The translations under genes were made by a program, and so were the position numbers. 64,000 nt of DNA from Heptranchias perlo (lineage: Eukaryota): assembly GCF_035084215.1 (NCBI RefSeq), contig NC_090368.1, positions 3,224,001 through 3,288,000 of the forward strand, written 5' to 3'. Within the stretch, counting starts at the first letter, position 1, and the number at the start of each line of letters is the position of its first letter. Shown here one piece after another: positions 50,762 through 62,229 of this stretch. Under the pieces are notes generated by a model. That model was not told the origin of the DNA and searched no databases. It saw only the letters and a program-made list of their open reading frames with translations.

Positions 50762-52529
50762 TTCAACAAGGTCATCTATGTGCGGAACCACAAGAGATGG
50801 GTGAGATCCTGAATGAATATTTCACATCGGCATTTACGGTTGAGAAAGGCATGGATGTTAGGGAACTTGGGGAAATAAATAGTGATGTCTTGAGGAGTGT
50901 ACATATTACAGAGAGGGAGGTGCTGGAAGTCTTAACGTGCATCAAGGTAGATAAATCTCCGGGACCTGATGAAATGTATCCCAGGACGTTATGGGAGGTT
51001 AGGGAGGAAATTGCGGGTCGCCTAGCAGAGATATTTGAATCATCGACAACGACAGGTAAGGTGCCTGAAGATTGGAGGGTAGCAAATGTTGTGCCTTTGT
51101 TTAAGAAGGGCGGCAGGGAAAAGCCTGGGAACTACAGACCGGTGAGCCTGGCATCTGTAGTGGGTAAGTTGTTAGAGGGTATTCTGACGGACAGGATCTA
51201 CAGGCATTTGGAGAGGCAGGGACTAATTAGGAACAGTCAGCATGGTTTTGTGAGAGGAAAATCATGTCTCACGAATTTGATTGAGTTTTTTGAAGGGGTA
51301 ACCAAGAAGATAGATGAGGGCTGTGCAGTAGACGTGATCTACATGGACTTCAGCAAAGCCTTTGACAAGGTACCGCATGGTAGGTTGTTACATAAGGTTA
51401 AATCTCATGGGATCCAAGGTGAGGTAGCCAATTGGATACAAAATTGAATTGACGACAGAAGACAGAGGGTGGTTGTAGAGGGTTGTTTTTCAGACTGGAG
51501 GCCTGTGACCAGCGGTGTGCCTCAGGGATCGGTGCTGGGTCCGCTGTTATTTGTTATTTATATTAATGATTTGGATGAGAATTTAGGAGGCATGGTTAGT
51601 AAGTTTGCAGATGACACCAAGATTGGTGGCATTGTGGACAGTGAAGAAGGTTATCTAGGATTGCAACGGGATCTTGATAAATTGGGCCAGTGGGCCGATG
51701 AATGGCAGATGGAGTTTAATTTAGATAAATGTGAGGTGATGCATTTTGGTAGATCGAATCGGGCCAGGACCTACTCCGTTAATGGTAGGGCGTTGGGGAG
51801 AGTTATAGAACAAAGAGATCTGGGAGTACAGGTTCATAGCTCCTTGAAAGTGGAGTCACAGGTGGATAGGGTGGTGAAGAAGGCATTCAGCATGCTTGGT
51901 TTCATTGGTCAGAACATTGAATGCAGGAGTTGGGATGTCTTGTTGAAGTTGTACAAGACATTAGTAAGGCCACACTTGGAATACTGTGTACAGTTCTGGT
52001 CACCCTATTATAGAAAGGATATTATTAAACTAGAAAGAGTGCAGAAAAGATTTACTAGGATGCTACCGGGACTTGATGGTTTGACTTATAGGGAGAGGTT
52101 AGACAGACTGGGACTTTTTTCCCTGGAGAGTAGGAGGTTAAGGGGTGATCTTATAGAAGTCTATAAAATAATGAGGGGCATAGATAAGGTAGATAGTCAA
52201 AATCTTTTCCCAAAGGTAGGGGAGTCTATAACGAGGGGACATAAATTTAAGGTGAGAGGGGAGAGATACAAAAGGGTCCAGAGGGGCAATTTTTTCACTC
52301 AAAGGGTGGTGAGTGTCTGGAACGAGCTGCCAGAGGCAGTAGTAGAGGCGGGTACAATTTTGTCTTTTAAAAAGCATTTGGACAGTTACATGGGTAAGAT
52401 GGGTATAGAGGGATATGGGCCAAGTGCAGGCAATTGGGACTAGCTTAGTGGTATAAACTGGGCGACATGGACATGTTGGGCCGAAGGGCCTGTTTCCATG
52501 TTGTAACTTCTATGATTCTATGATTCTAT
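50762..52529 (+). mobile_element. Young CR1 (family A), 5'-truncated, ORF2 intact except one TGA at 51445
   Basis: ORFs 50671-51447 and 51469-52443 are in the same frame; tail (CTATGATT)n. Confidence 0.95.
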
Positions 52530-52616
52530 ATTATAATATCTCCTGTCTCAGTCTCTAAGGGACCAATGTTTACTTTTGCTACTATCTTCCTTTTTACATA
52601 CTAGTAGAAGCTCTTA

Positions 52617-53503
52617 CAGTGTTCAGTTCCATTTGCAACCCCTCAGATAATGAAGCAGTCCGAGCCCGCATGTAGCAAGACCTGGACAACATCCAGGCTT
52701 GGGCTCATAAGTGGCAAGTAACATTCGCGCCAGACAAGTGCCAGACAATGACCATCTCCAACAAGAGAGAGTCTAACCACCTCCCCTTGACATTCAACGG
52801 CATTACCATCGCCGAATCCCCCACCATCAACATCCTGGGGGTCACCATTGACCAGAAACTTAACTGGACCAGTCATATAAATACTGTGGCTACAAGAGCA
52901 GGTCAGAGGCTGGGTATTCTGCGGCGAGTGACTCACCTCCTGACTCCCAAAAGCCTTTCCACCATCTACAAGGCACAAGTCAGGAGTGTGATGGAATACT
53001 CTCCACTTGCCTGGATGAGTGCAGCTCCAACAACACTCAAGAAGCTCGACACCATCCAGGACAAATCAGCCCGATTGGCACCCCATCCACCACCCTAAAC
53101 ATTCACTCCCTTCACCACCGGCGCACCGTGGCTGCAGTGTGTACCATCCACAGGATGCACTGCAGCAACGTGCCAAGGCTTCTTCGACAGCACCTCCCAA
53201 ACCCGCGACCTCTACCACCTAGAAGGACAAGGGCAGCAGGCACATGGGAACAACACCACCTGCACGTTCCCCTCCAAGTCACACACCATCCCGACTTGGA
53301 AATATATCACCGTTCCTTCATCGTCGCTGGGTCAAAATCCTGGAACTCCCTTCCTAACAGCACTGTGGGAGAACCGTCACCACACGGACTGCAGCGGTTC
53401 AAGAAGGTGACTCACCACCACCTTCTCAAGGGCAATTAGGGATGGGCAATAAATGCCGGCCTCGCCAGCGACGCCCACATCCCATGAATGAATAATAAAA
53501 AAA
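52617..53503 (+). mobile_element. Family-B LINE 3' fragment
   Basis: Matches 56060-56950; A-rich tail. Confidence 0.93.
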
Positions 53504-53656
53504 ATCCATTTTGATATTTCTTGCTGGTTTACTTTCATATTCTATTTTCTCCCTTTTTTTCAATTTTTGGTTGTCCTTTTTTGGTTTCTAAAACTTTCCC
53601 AATCCCCAGGCTTATTACTCTTCTTGGCAACATTATAGGCCTCTTCTTTCAATCTA

Positions 53657-56600
53657 CGGTAGCATAGTGGTTATGTTACTGGACTAGTAATCCAGAGACC
53701 TGGACTGAAATCCGGAGTCATGAGTTCAAATCCCGCCACGGCAGCTGGGAAATTTAAATTCAATTAATTAATTAAATTCAATTAATTAAATAAAAATCTG
53801 GAATTAAAATACTGGTATCAGTAATGGTGGCCATGTCGTAAAAACCCATCTGGTTCACTAATGTTCTTCAGGGAAGGAAACCTGCCGTCCTTACCCGGTC
53901 TGGCCTATATGTGACTCCAGACCCACAGCAATGTGGTTGATTCTTAATTGCCCTCTGAAATGGCCCAGCAAGCCACTCAGTCGTAAAATCTCGCTACAAA
54001 AAGTCATAATAAGAATAAAACCGGACGGACCACCCGGCACCAGACACGATGATGGCAAACCAAGCCCAGTCGACCCTGCAAGGTCCTCCTTACTAACATC
54101 TGGGGACTTGTGCCAAAATTGGGAGAGCTGTCCCACAGACTAGTCAAGCAACAGCCTGACATAGCCATACTCACAGAATCATACCTTTCAGCCAACGTCC
54201 CAGACTCTTCCATCACCATCCCTGGGTATGTCCTGTCCCACCGGCAGGACAGACCCACCAGAGGTGGCGGTACAGTGATATACAGTCAGGAGGGAGTGGC
54301 CCTGGGAGTCCTCAACATTGACTCTGGACCCCATGAAATCTCATGGCATCAGGTCAAACATGGGCAAGGAAACCTCCTGCTGATTACCACCTACCGTCCT
54401 CCCTCAGCTGATGAATCAGTCCTCCTCCATGTTGAGCACCACTTGGAGGAAGCACTGAGGGTAGCAAGGGCACAAAATGTACTCTGGGTGGGGGACTTCA
54501 ATGTCCATCACCAAGAGTGGCTCGGTAGCACCACTACTGACCGAGCTGGCCGAGTCCTGAAGGACATAGCTGCTAGACTGGGCCTGCGGCAGGTGGTGAG
54601 CGAACCAACACGAGGGAAAAACTTACTTGACCTCGTCCTCACCAATCTACTTGTCGCAAATGCATCTGTCCATGACAGTATTGATAGGAGTGACCACCGC
54701 ACAGTCCTCGTGGAGACAAAGTCCCGTCTTCGCACTGAGGACACCATCCAACGTGTTGTGTGGCACTACCACCGTGCTAAATGGGATAGATTCAGAACAG
54801 ATCTAGCAGCTCAAAACTGGGCATCCATGAGGCACTGTGGGCCATCAGCAGCAGCAGAATTGTATTCCACCACAATCTGTAACCTCATGGCCCGGCATAT
54901 TCCTCAATCTACCATTACCAACAAGCCAGGAGATCAACCCTGGTTCAATGAGGAGTGTAGAAGAGCATGCCAGGAGCAGCACCAGGCGTACCTAAAAATG
55001 AGGTGCCAACCTGGTGAAGCTACAACTCAGGACTACATGCATGCTAAACAGCGGAAGCAACATGCTATAGACAGAGCTAAGCGATTCCACAACCAACAGA
55101 GCAGATCAAAGCTCTGCAGTCCTGCCACATCCAGTCGTGAATGGTGGTGGACAATTAAACAACTAACGGGAGGAGGAGGCTCTGTAAACATCCCCATCCT
55201 CAATGATGGCGAAGTCCAGCAAGTGAGTGCAAAAGACAAGGCTGAAGCGTTTGCAACCATCTTCAGCCAGAAGTGCCAAGTGGATGATCCATCTCAGCCT
55301 CCTCCCGATATTCCCACCATCACAGAGGCCAGTCTTCAGCCAATTTGATTCACTCCACGTGATATCAAGAAACGGCTGAGTGCACTGGATACAGCAAAGG
55401 CTATGGGCCCCGACAACATCCCAGCTGTAGTGCTGAAGACTTGTGCTCCAGAACTAGCTGCGCCTCTAGCCAAGCTGTTCCAGTACAGCTACAACACTGG
55501 CATCTACCCGACAATGTGGAAAATTGCCCAGGTATGTCCTGTCCACAAAAAGCAGGACAAAGCCAATCCGGCCAATTACCGCCCCATCAGTCTACTCTCA
55601 ATCATCAGCAAAGTGATGGAAGGTGTCGTCGACAGTGCTATCAAGCGGCACTTACTCACCAACAACCTGCTCACCAATGCTCAGTTTGAGTTCCGCCAGG
55701 ACCACTCGGCTCCAGACCTCATTACAGCCTTGGTCCAAACATGGATAAAAGAGCTGAATTCCAGAGGTGAGGTGAGAGTGACTGCCCTTGACATCAAGGC
55801 AGCATTTGACCGAGTGTGGCACCAAGGAGCCCTAGTAAAATTGAAGTCAATGGGAATCAGGGGGAAAACTCTCCAGTGGCTGGAGTCATACCTAGCACAA
55901 AGGAAGATGGTAGTGGTTGTTGGAGGCCAATCATCTCAGCCCCAGGATTGCTGCAGGAGTTCCTCAGGGCAGTGTCCTAGGCCCGACCATCTTCAGCTGC
56001 TTCATCAATGACCTTCCCTCCATCATAAGGTCAGAAATGGGGATGTTCGCTGATGATTGCACAGTGTTCAGTTCCATTCGCAACCCCTCAAGTAATGGAG
56101 CAGTCCGAGCCCGCATGCAGAAAGACCTGGGCAACATCCAGGCTTGGGCTCATAAATGGCAAGTAACATTCACGCCAGATAAGTGCCAGGCAATGACCAT
56201 CTCCAACAAGAGAGAGTCTAACCACCTCCCCTTAACATTCAACGGCATTACCATCGCCGAATCCCCCACCATCAACATCCTGGGGGTCACCATTGACCAG
56301 AAACTTAACTGGACCAGCCATATAAATACTGTGGCTACAAGAGCAGGTCAGAGGCTGGGTATTCTGCGGCGAGTGACTCACCTCCTGACTCCCCAAAGCC
56401 TTTCCACCATCCACAAGGCACAAGTCAGGAGTATGATGGAATACTCTCCACTTGCCTGGATGAGTGCAGCTCCAACAACACTCAAGAAGCTCGACACCAT
56501 CCAAGATAAAGCAGCCCGCTTGATTGGCACCCCATCCACCACCCTAAACATTCACTCCCTTCACCACCGGCGCACTGTGGCTGCAGTGTGTACCATCCAC

Positions 56601-56950
56601 AGGATGCACTGCAGCAACTCGCCAAGGCTTCTTCGACAGCACCTCCAAAACCCGCGACCTCTCCCACCTAGAAGGACAAGGGCAGCAGGCACATGGGAAC
56701 AACACCACCTGCACGTTCCCCTCCAAGTCACACACCATCCCGACTTGGAAATATACCGGCCGTTCCTTCATCGTCGCTGGGTCAAAATCCTGGAACTCCC
56801 TTCCTAACAGCACTGTGGGAGAACCTTCACCACACGGACTGCAGCGGTTCAAGAAGGCGGCTCACCACCACCTTCTCAAGGGCAATTAGGGATGGGCAAT
56901 AAATGCCGGCCTCGCCAGCGACACCCACATCCCATGAACGAATAAAAAAA
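53657..56950 (+). mobile_element. Full-length family-B non-LTR retrotransposon (APE + RT, CR1/Jockey-group-like, no ORF1, tRNA-like 5' head)
   Basis: Target-site duplication AATCTA at 53651-53656 and 56951-56956. APE motifs NIWGL, LTES, GDFN, LDLV, SDH; RT motifs QGSVLGP, FADD. One stop (55346) and frameshifts. Confidence 0.92.
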
Positions 56951-57557
56951 AATCTAATACTCTCCTTAACTTCTTTTGTTAGCTACGGGTGAATCACTTT
57001 TCCCATGGAGTTTTTATTTCTCAATGGAATGTATAGTTATTGAGAATATTGAAATATTTCTTTAAATGTTTGCCGTTGCTTATCATTGCCATTGATGGGC
57101 TGAATGGCCTACTCCTGTTCCTATTGGTAACTTCAGACCCATTGGTCCATGTATTTTAAAATTCTCATCCTTGTTTTCAAATCCCTCCATGGCCCTCGCC
57201 ACCTCCCTCTCTCTGTGACCTCCTCCAGCCCTACGACCCTCCGAGATCTCTGCGCTCCTCCAATTCTGGCCTCTTGCGCATCCCCCGATTTCCATCACTC
57301 CACCATTGGCGGCCGTGCCTTCAGCTGCCTGGGCCCTAAGCTCTGGAATTCCCTCCCTAAACCTCTCCGCCTCTCTCTCCTCCTTTAAGATGCTCCTTAA
57401 AACCTACCTCTTTGACCAAGCTTTTGGTCACCTGTCCTAATATCTCCTTATGTGGCTCGGTGTCAAATTTTGTCTGATTTACGCTCCTGTGAAGCGCCTT
57501 GGGGACGTTTTACTACGGTAAAAGGGCTAGATAAATGCAAATTGTTGTTGAATCAGC

Positions 57558-58295
57558 GAATGGGAATTGGAGAGAGAGAGAAAGGGAATGGGAGAGGGAG
57601 AAACAGGGAATGAGAGAGGGAGAGGCAGGGAATGGGAGAGAGAGAGACTGGGAATGAGAGTGGGAGAGACAGGGAATGAGAGAGAGAGAGAGAGACAGGG
57701 GATGAGAGTGGGAGAGACAGGGAATGGGAGATACGGGATGGGGGTGGGAAAGAGAAAAGGAATGAGAGAGGGAGAGGCAGGAAATGGGAGATGGAGAGAC
57801 AGGCAGGGGATAGGAGAGAGAGAGAAAGGGAATGGGAGAGGGAGAGGGAGAGACAGGGAATGAGAGAGGGAGAGGCAAGGAATGGGAGATGGAGAGACAG
57901 GGAATGGGAGAGACAGGGGATGGGAGAGAGAGAGAAAGGGAATGAGAGACAGGAAATGGGAGAGGAAGATGGAGAGACAGGGAATGGGAGAGGGAGAGAC
58001 AGGGAATTGGAGAGGGAGATGGAGTGACAGAGAATGGGACTGAGAGATGAGAGACAGGGAATGGGAGAGGGAAAGACAGGGAATGGGAGGGGTATATGGA
58101 GAGACAGGGAATTGGAGAGGGAGATGGAGAGACAGGGAATGGGAGAGGGAGAGACAGGGAATTGGAGAGGGAGATGGAGAGACAGGGAATGGGAGAGGGA
58201 GAGACAGGGAATTGGAGAGGGAGATGGAGAGATGGGGAATGGGACTGGGAGAGGCTGGGTCCAGGAGAGGGGAGAGATGGAGAGGGAGGGGAGAG
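57558..58295. repeat. Degenerate polypurine repeat (GGGAATGGGAGAGGGAGAGACA-like)
   Basis: Low-complexity tandem sequence. Confidence 0.9.
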
Positions 58296-58690
58296 GTGTG
58301 GGACGGTCCAGGTTGAAGTGGGGTCGGGCGGGCACTAGGACCTCACCGCACTCGGTTTAACGACCAAAACTGCTCTCTGGCGCCCTCGGGCGGCCGGACG
58401 TTTCACCTAGAGTACAGCAGGGGGGGGGAATAGAACCAAAACCCAATTAAAAAGTCGAGTTTTTCAGAAAACAAATTAGTATCAGTCAGTAAAACTGCAA
58501 TTGCGTTTCACTCGCAATCCAACATTGAAGAAATGAGTTAATTTGTGCTTTGGGAGGAGGATTGAGTCCCTGGGTGGAGGTTGACTCACCCCCTGGGCCG
58601 GAGAGTGGCACCGCCCAATTTAAAGGGGCCGCGGACCAGCTGAACGCTGTCCTGTCCCACCCCCTGGGGGGGGGGCCATAGATGGCATTC

Positions 58691-58845
58691 TTTTTTTATT
58701 TTTCGTTCATGGGATGTGTGGTGACGGTTCTCCCACAGTGCTGTTAGGAAGGGAGTTCCAGGATTTTGACCCAGCGACGATGAAGGAACGGCCGATATAT
58801 TTCCAAGTCGGGATGGGGTGTGACTCGGAGGGGAACGTGCAGGTG
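58691..58845 (-). mobile_element. Family-B LINE 3' fragment with internal deletion, inserted in SAT-like exon 1
   Basis: Reverse complement of 56706-56835 joined to the tail CATCCCATGAACGAAAAATAAAAAAA. Confidence 0.9.
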
Positions 58846-59064
58846 GACGACACGGCGCACATTGTTCGAATGATCGAGGTCCGACAGCAGCCCCCACACC
58901 CCGGGGGATGTCTCCTTAAAGGGGAAGTTAATTGTGGTACGACTTTTAAAGACTGGTTGCACCCACGGGGAGGGGGCCGCAGTCCTCCCCTTGTGTTTGG
59001 TTTCACATTACCAGCTTGTCCCCCTTTTTCTTTTATTTTTCAGGTGCAATAAGTTTGGAATCAC

Positions 59065-60087
59065 CAGGCGGCAGAGGGTGCACTGGGGGGTGTTGGAGGG
59101 CACACTGGGGCATTGGAAGGCGCAGTGGGGAGTATGAGGGTGCACTGGGGGGTATAGAGGGCACACTGGGGCATTGGAAGGTGCAGTGGGGGGTTTGGAG
59201 GGCGCACTGGGACGTTGGAGGGCGCACTGGAGTGTTGGAGGGTGCTCTGGACGTTGGAGGGCGCACTGGGGGGACGATGGAGGGCGCACTGGGGGGCGAT
59301 GGAGGGCGCACTGGGGGGCGATGGAGGGCGCACTGGGGGACGATGGAGGGCGCACTGGGGCGATGGAGGGCGCACTGGGGCGATGGAGGGCGCACTGGGG
59401 CGATGGAGGGCGCACTGGGGCAATGGAGGGTGCACTGGAGGGGATGGAGGGCACACTGGAGGGGCGATGGAGGGCGCACTGGGGGCGATGGAGGGCGCAC
59501 TGGGGCGATGGAGGGCGCACTGGGGCGATGGAGGGCGCACTGGGGCAATGGAGGGCGCACTGGGATGTTGGAGGGTGCACTGGAGGGGATGGAGGGCACA
59601 CTGGAGGGGCGATGGAGGGCGCACTGGGGGCGATGGAGGGCGCACTGGGGCGATGGAGGGTGCACTGGGATGTTGGAGGGCGCGATGGAGGGGATGGAGG
59701 GCACACTGGAGGGGATGGAGGGCGCACTGGGGCGATGGAGGGCGCACTGGGGCGATGGAGGGCGCGATGGAGGGGATGGAGGGCGCACTGGGGGGCGATG
59801 GAGGGCGCGATGGAGGGGATGGAGGGCGCACTGGGGGGCGATGGAGGGCGCACTGGGGCGATGGAGGGCGCGATGGAGGGGATGGAGGGCGCACTGGGGC
59901 GATGGAGGGCGCGCTGGGGCGATGGAGGGCGCGATGGAGGGGATGGAGGGCGCGATGGAGGGGATGGAGGGCGCACTGGAGGGGATGGAGGGCGCACTGG
60001 GGCGATGGAGGGCGCGCTGGGGCGATGGAGGGCGCGATGGAGGGGATGGAGGGCGCGATGGAGGGGATGGAGGTCGCACTGGGGGTC
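59065..60087. repeat. ~20-bp G-rich minisatellite (GGAGGGCGCACTGGGGCGAT)
   Basis: Tandem repetition within SAT-like intron 1. Confidence 0.95.
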
Positions 60088-60987
60088 CAACAAAAGAGCG
60101 AAGGGATAATATATTTGCAAGGTACTGGTGCTGTGTGAGGATTGGCTTCCCCATTAAAGACAGGACATTAAAGCCAGAGGGGACAAACAGTGTAGATTCA
60201 CCAGGGTAAATCGACATCCACCAACTGGAACTCCCTGACACCGTCTCTCCACCTTCAAGGGCGTCCCGTGACCGAGATCCCCCCAACCCCACAACCCATT
60301 TGCCTCTGGGAGGGGCGGAGCTCCACGGATCGCAGACTTGGGGTTGACGAGTCACCGTTTGGTGTTTGGGTTACAGGAACTGGAGGAATACAATGAGCTC
60401 GCACATCAGGTATCCCTGACGGAGGAAGGGGAGATGTTTATTTGACATGTTTTCACCTTGCCGAGGTGATTCTGCCCCCACCACCCCCCCCACGACAGGC
60501 GCAGGTCCCCTTCCCCCCAGACGCGCACCCCTTTAACAGCAGCTGATTAAAGGCCTCTCCTTGTGCCCCACAGTTCTGAGAGAAGATGGATTTGCACAAC
60601 ACCCTTTCTATAAATGTCTGGTCGCTGGGGTTCCAGCCGACAGTTTCGTTCTCAGACTCTCCTCTCGTTAGCGGTCGAGGGTCCGTTGGGTTTTTCTTCC
60701 TTGATATCGAGAAGCCGCACCTCGGGCCGGAGAGGAGTCAGGGGCGACGCAGCGTCCCGGGGCAGAGGCACTTGGGGAGTGGAAATCCACCAGGGCTACT
60801 GCTTCTGACCGCTGCCCGGTGTCTCCTGGTCGAGGACAGGATTGGGAGGCCGCGATGACCCACATGGCTGAACAGCCCACTGTCGCTTCCCCGTTCGGGC
60901 TCCCGCGCGGCCACTTGGAATCGTTTGACAGGTGCCGAGTAGCCTCTTGTATCTCACCCGGCAAGAAAGGGGAGCGGATTGGGCTGG

Positions 60988-61576
60988 GGGGTTGCCAACT
61001 CTGGTTGGACGTATTCCTGGAGGTTTCATCACATGGCGTCCCGCCCCCAACACACCCATGCCATTGGTCGCTCGACATGTCAATCTCACGATGTCCCGCC
61101 CCCGTACCCACATCATTGGTCACCCGACATGTCAATCCTCATGGCGTCCCCCCATACCATTGGTCAGCCGACACGTCAATCTTCATGATGTCCCACCCCC
61201 CAAACTCCCGCCATTGGTCATCCGACAAGTCAATCCTCATGACATCCCGCCCCCACACCCCCGCCATTGGCTCCCCGACACATCCATCCTCACAGCGCCC
61301 TCCCCCACCGTCTTCCCAGCCAATCGGAAAGCGAACACTCTCTTCATGACCCAATTGGACGATTCTTGACTCTCAAGTCAAACTCCTTCTCCGATAGTTT
61401 TTATAACTAATAAAAATGAACAAAAGGTGCTCGAAGAAAATGAAATGAAACGATTTTTTGTTGCGAGCACCCTGATCGTTATCTCCTGGGGGTTTTTTTT
61501 GCTCGCAGCGAGTGTTCCTGGTTATTAATCTTCATTCCTGGAGTCTCCGGGACAATCCTGGAGGGTTGGCAACCCT
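60988..61576. mobile_element. Non-autonomous DNA transposon (MITE) with GGGTTGCCAAC terminal inverted repeats
   Basis: GGGGTTGCCAACTCT at the left end and GAGGGTTGGCAACCCT at the right; internal ~50-bp tandem repeats; no TSD seen. Confidence 0.65.
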
Positions 61577-62074
61577 CATTTATGACTGAAACCTTCTTCC
61601 TTTCTCTTGTAGGGCACACGGTGGTGGGATACGCAATGTACTTTTTCACCTATGGCCCCTGGAAGGGCAGGATGGTTTATATGTAAGACCTCTATGTAAT
61701 GGCAGTGTTCAGAGGTGTGTGTTTGGTTGGACATGTACAGCTTCGCCTCTGGTGTAGGGTGAGGATATTCATTCATCCCGTCAGTAGGGGGCGGGTCGTC
61801 GGGATGAGTCATAAGGCAAGGCCCCTTTCGCCTGTGCCTCAAATTGCCCCATTCACTTATGGGCCCCCTCCCTATCTCTGTGACCTCCTCCAGCCCTACG
61901 ACCCTCCGAGATCTCTGCGCTCCTCCAATTCTGGCCTCTTGCACATCCCCAATTTCCATCGCTCCACCATTGGCGGCCGTGCCTTCAGCTGCCTGGGCCC
62001 GAAGCTCTGGAATTCCCTCCCTAAACCTCTCCGCCTCTCTCTCCTCCTTTAAGACGCTCCTCAAAACCAACCTT

Positions 62075-62164
62075 TTGACATCGAGCCATATAAGGAGATA
62101 TTAGGACAGGTGACCGAGCTTTTGGTCACCTGTCCTAATATCTCCTTATATGGCTCGGTGTCAA
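62075..62164. repeat. 41-bp-arm inverted repeat with 8-nt loop inside an L2 tail
   Basis: TTGACATCGAGCCATATAAGGAGATATTAGGACAGGTGACC / GGTCACCTGTCCTAATATCTCCTTATATGGCTCGGTGTCAA. Confidence 0.9.
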
Positions 62165-62229
62165 GTTTTGTCTCCTGTGAAGGACCTTGGGACGTTTTAC
62201 TACGTTAAAGGCGCTATATAAATGCAAGT

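Larger units (their letters stand above)
49007..57085 (-). mobile_element. CR1 (family C) host element split by three later insertions
   Basis: Host pieces at 49007-50764, 52530-52620, 53504-53656 and 56951-57085; RT ORF 49760-50542; tail (TTCTTATG)n at 49007-49025. Confidence 0.8.
58682..61714 (+). pseudogene. Unprocessed SAT1/SAT2-family (diamine N-acetyltransferase) pseudogene, exons 1-4
   Basis: Ex1 MAF-[LINE]-DDTAHIVRMIE (58682-58690, 58846-58878). Ex2 ELEEYNELAHQVSLTEE (60377-60428, donor GG). Ex3 LREDGFAQHPFYKCLVAGVP (from 60574). Ex4 GHTVVGYAMYFFTYGPWKGRMVYM*DLYVMAVFRG (61613-61714, TAA at 61684). Confidence 0.88.

Noticed and set aside
53657-53745. tRNA-Thr gene
   Set aside because: Duplicated arm, no clear acceptor stem, and inside a TSD-bounded retroelement. 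SINE heads elsewhere were rejected for similar reasons.
60409-60415. CAG|GTATCC as a rescue donor for SAT-like exon 2
   Set aside because: Phase 0, whereas exon 3 needs phase 1; the exon 4 stop remains regardless.
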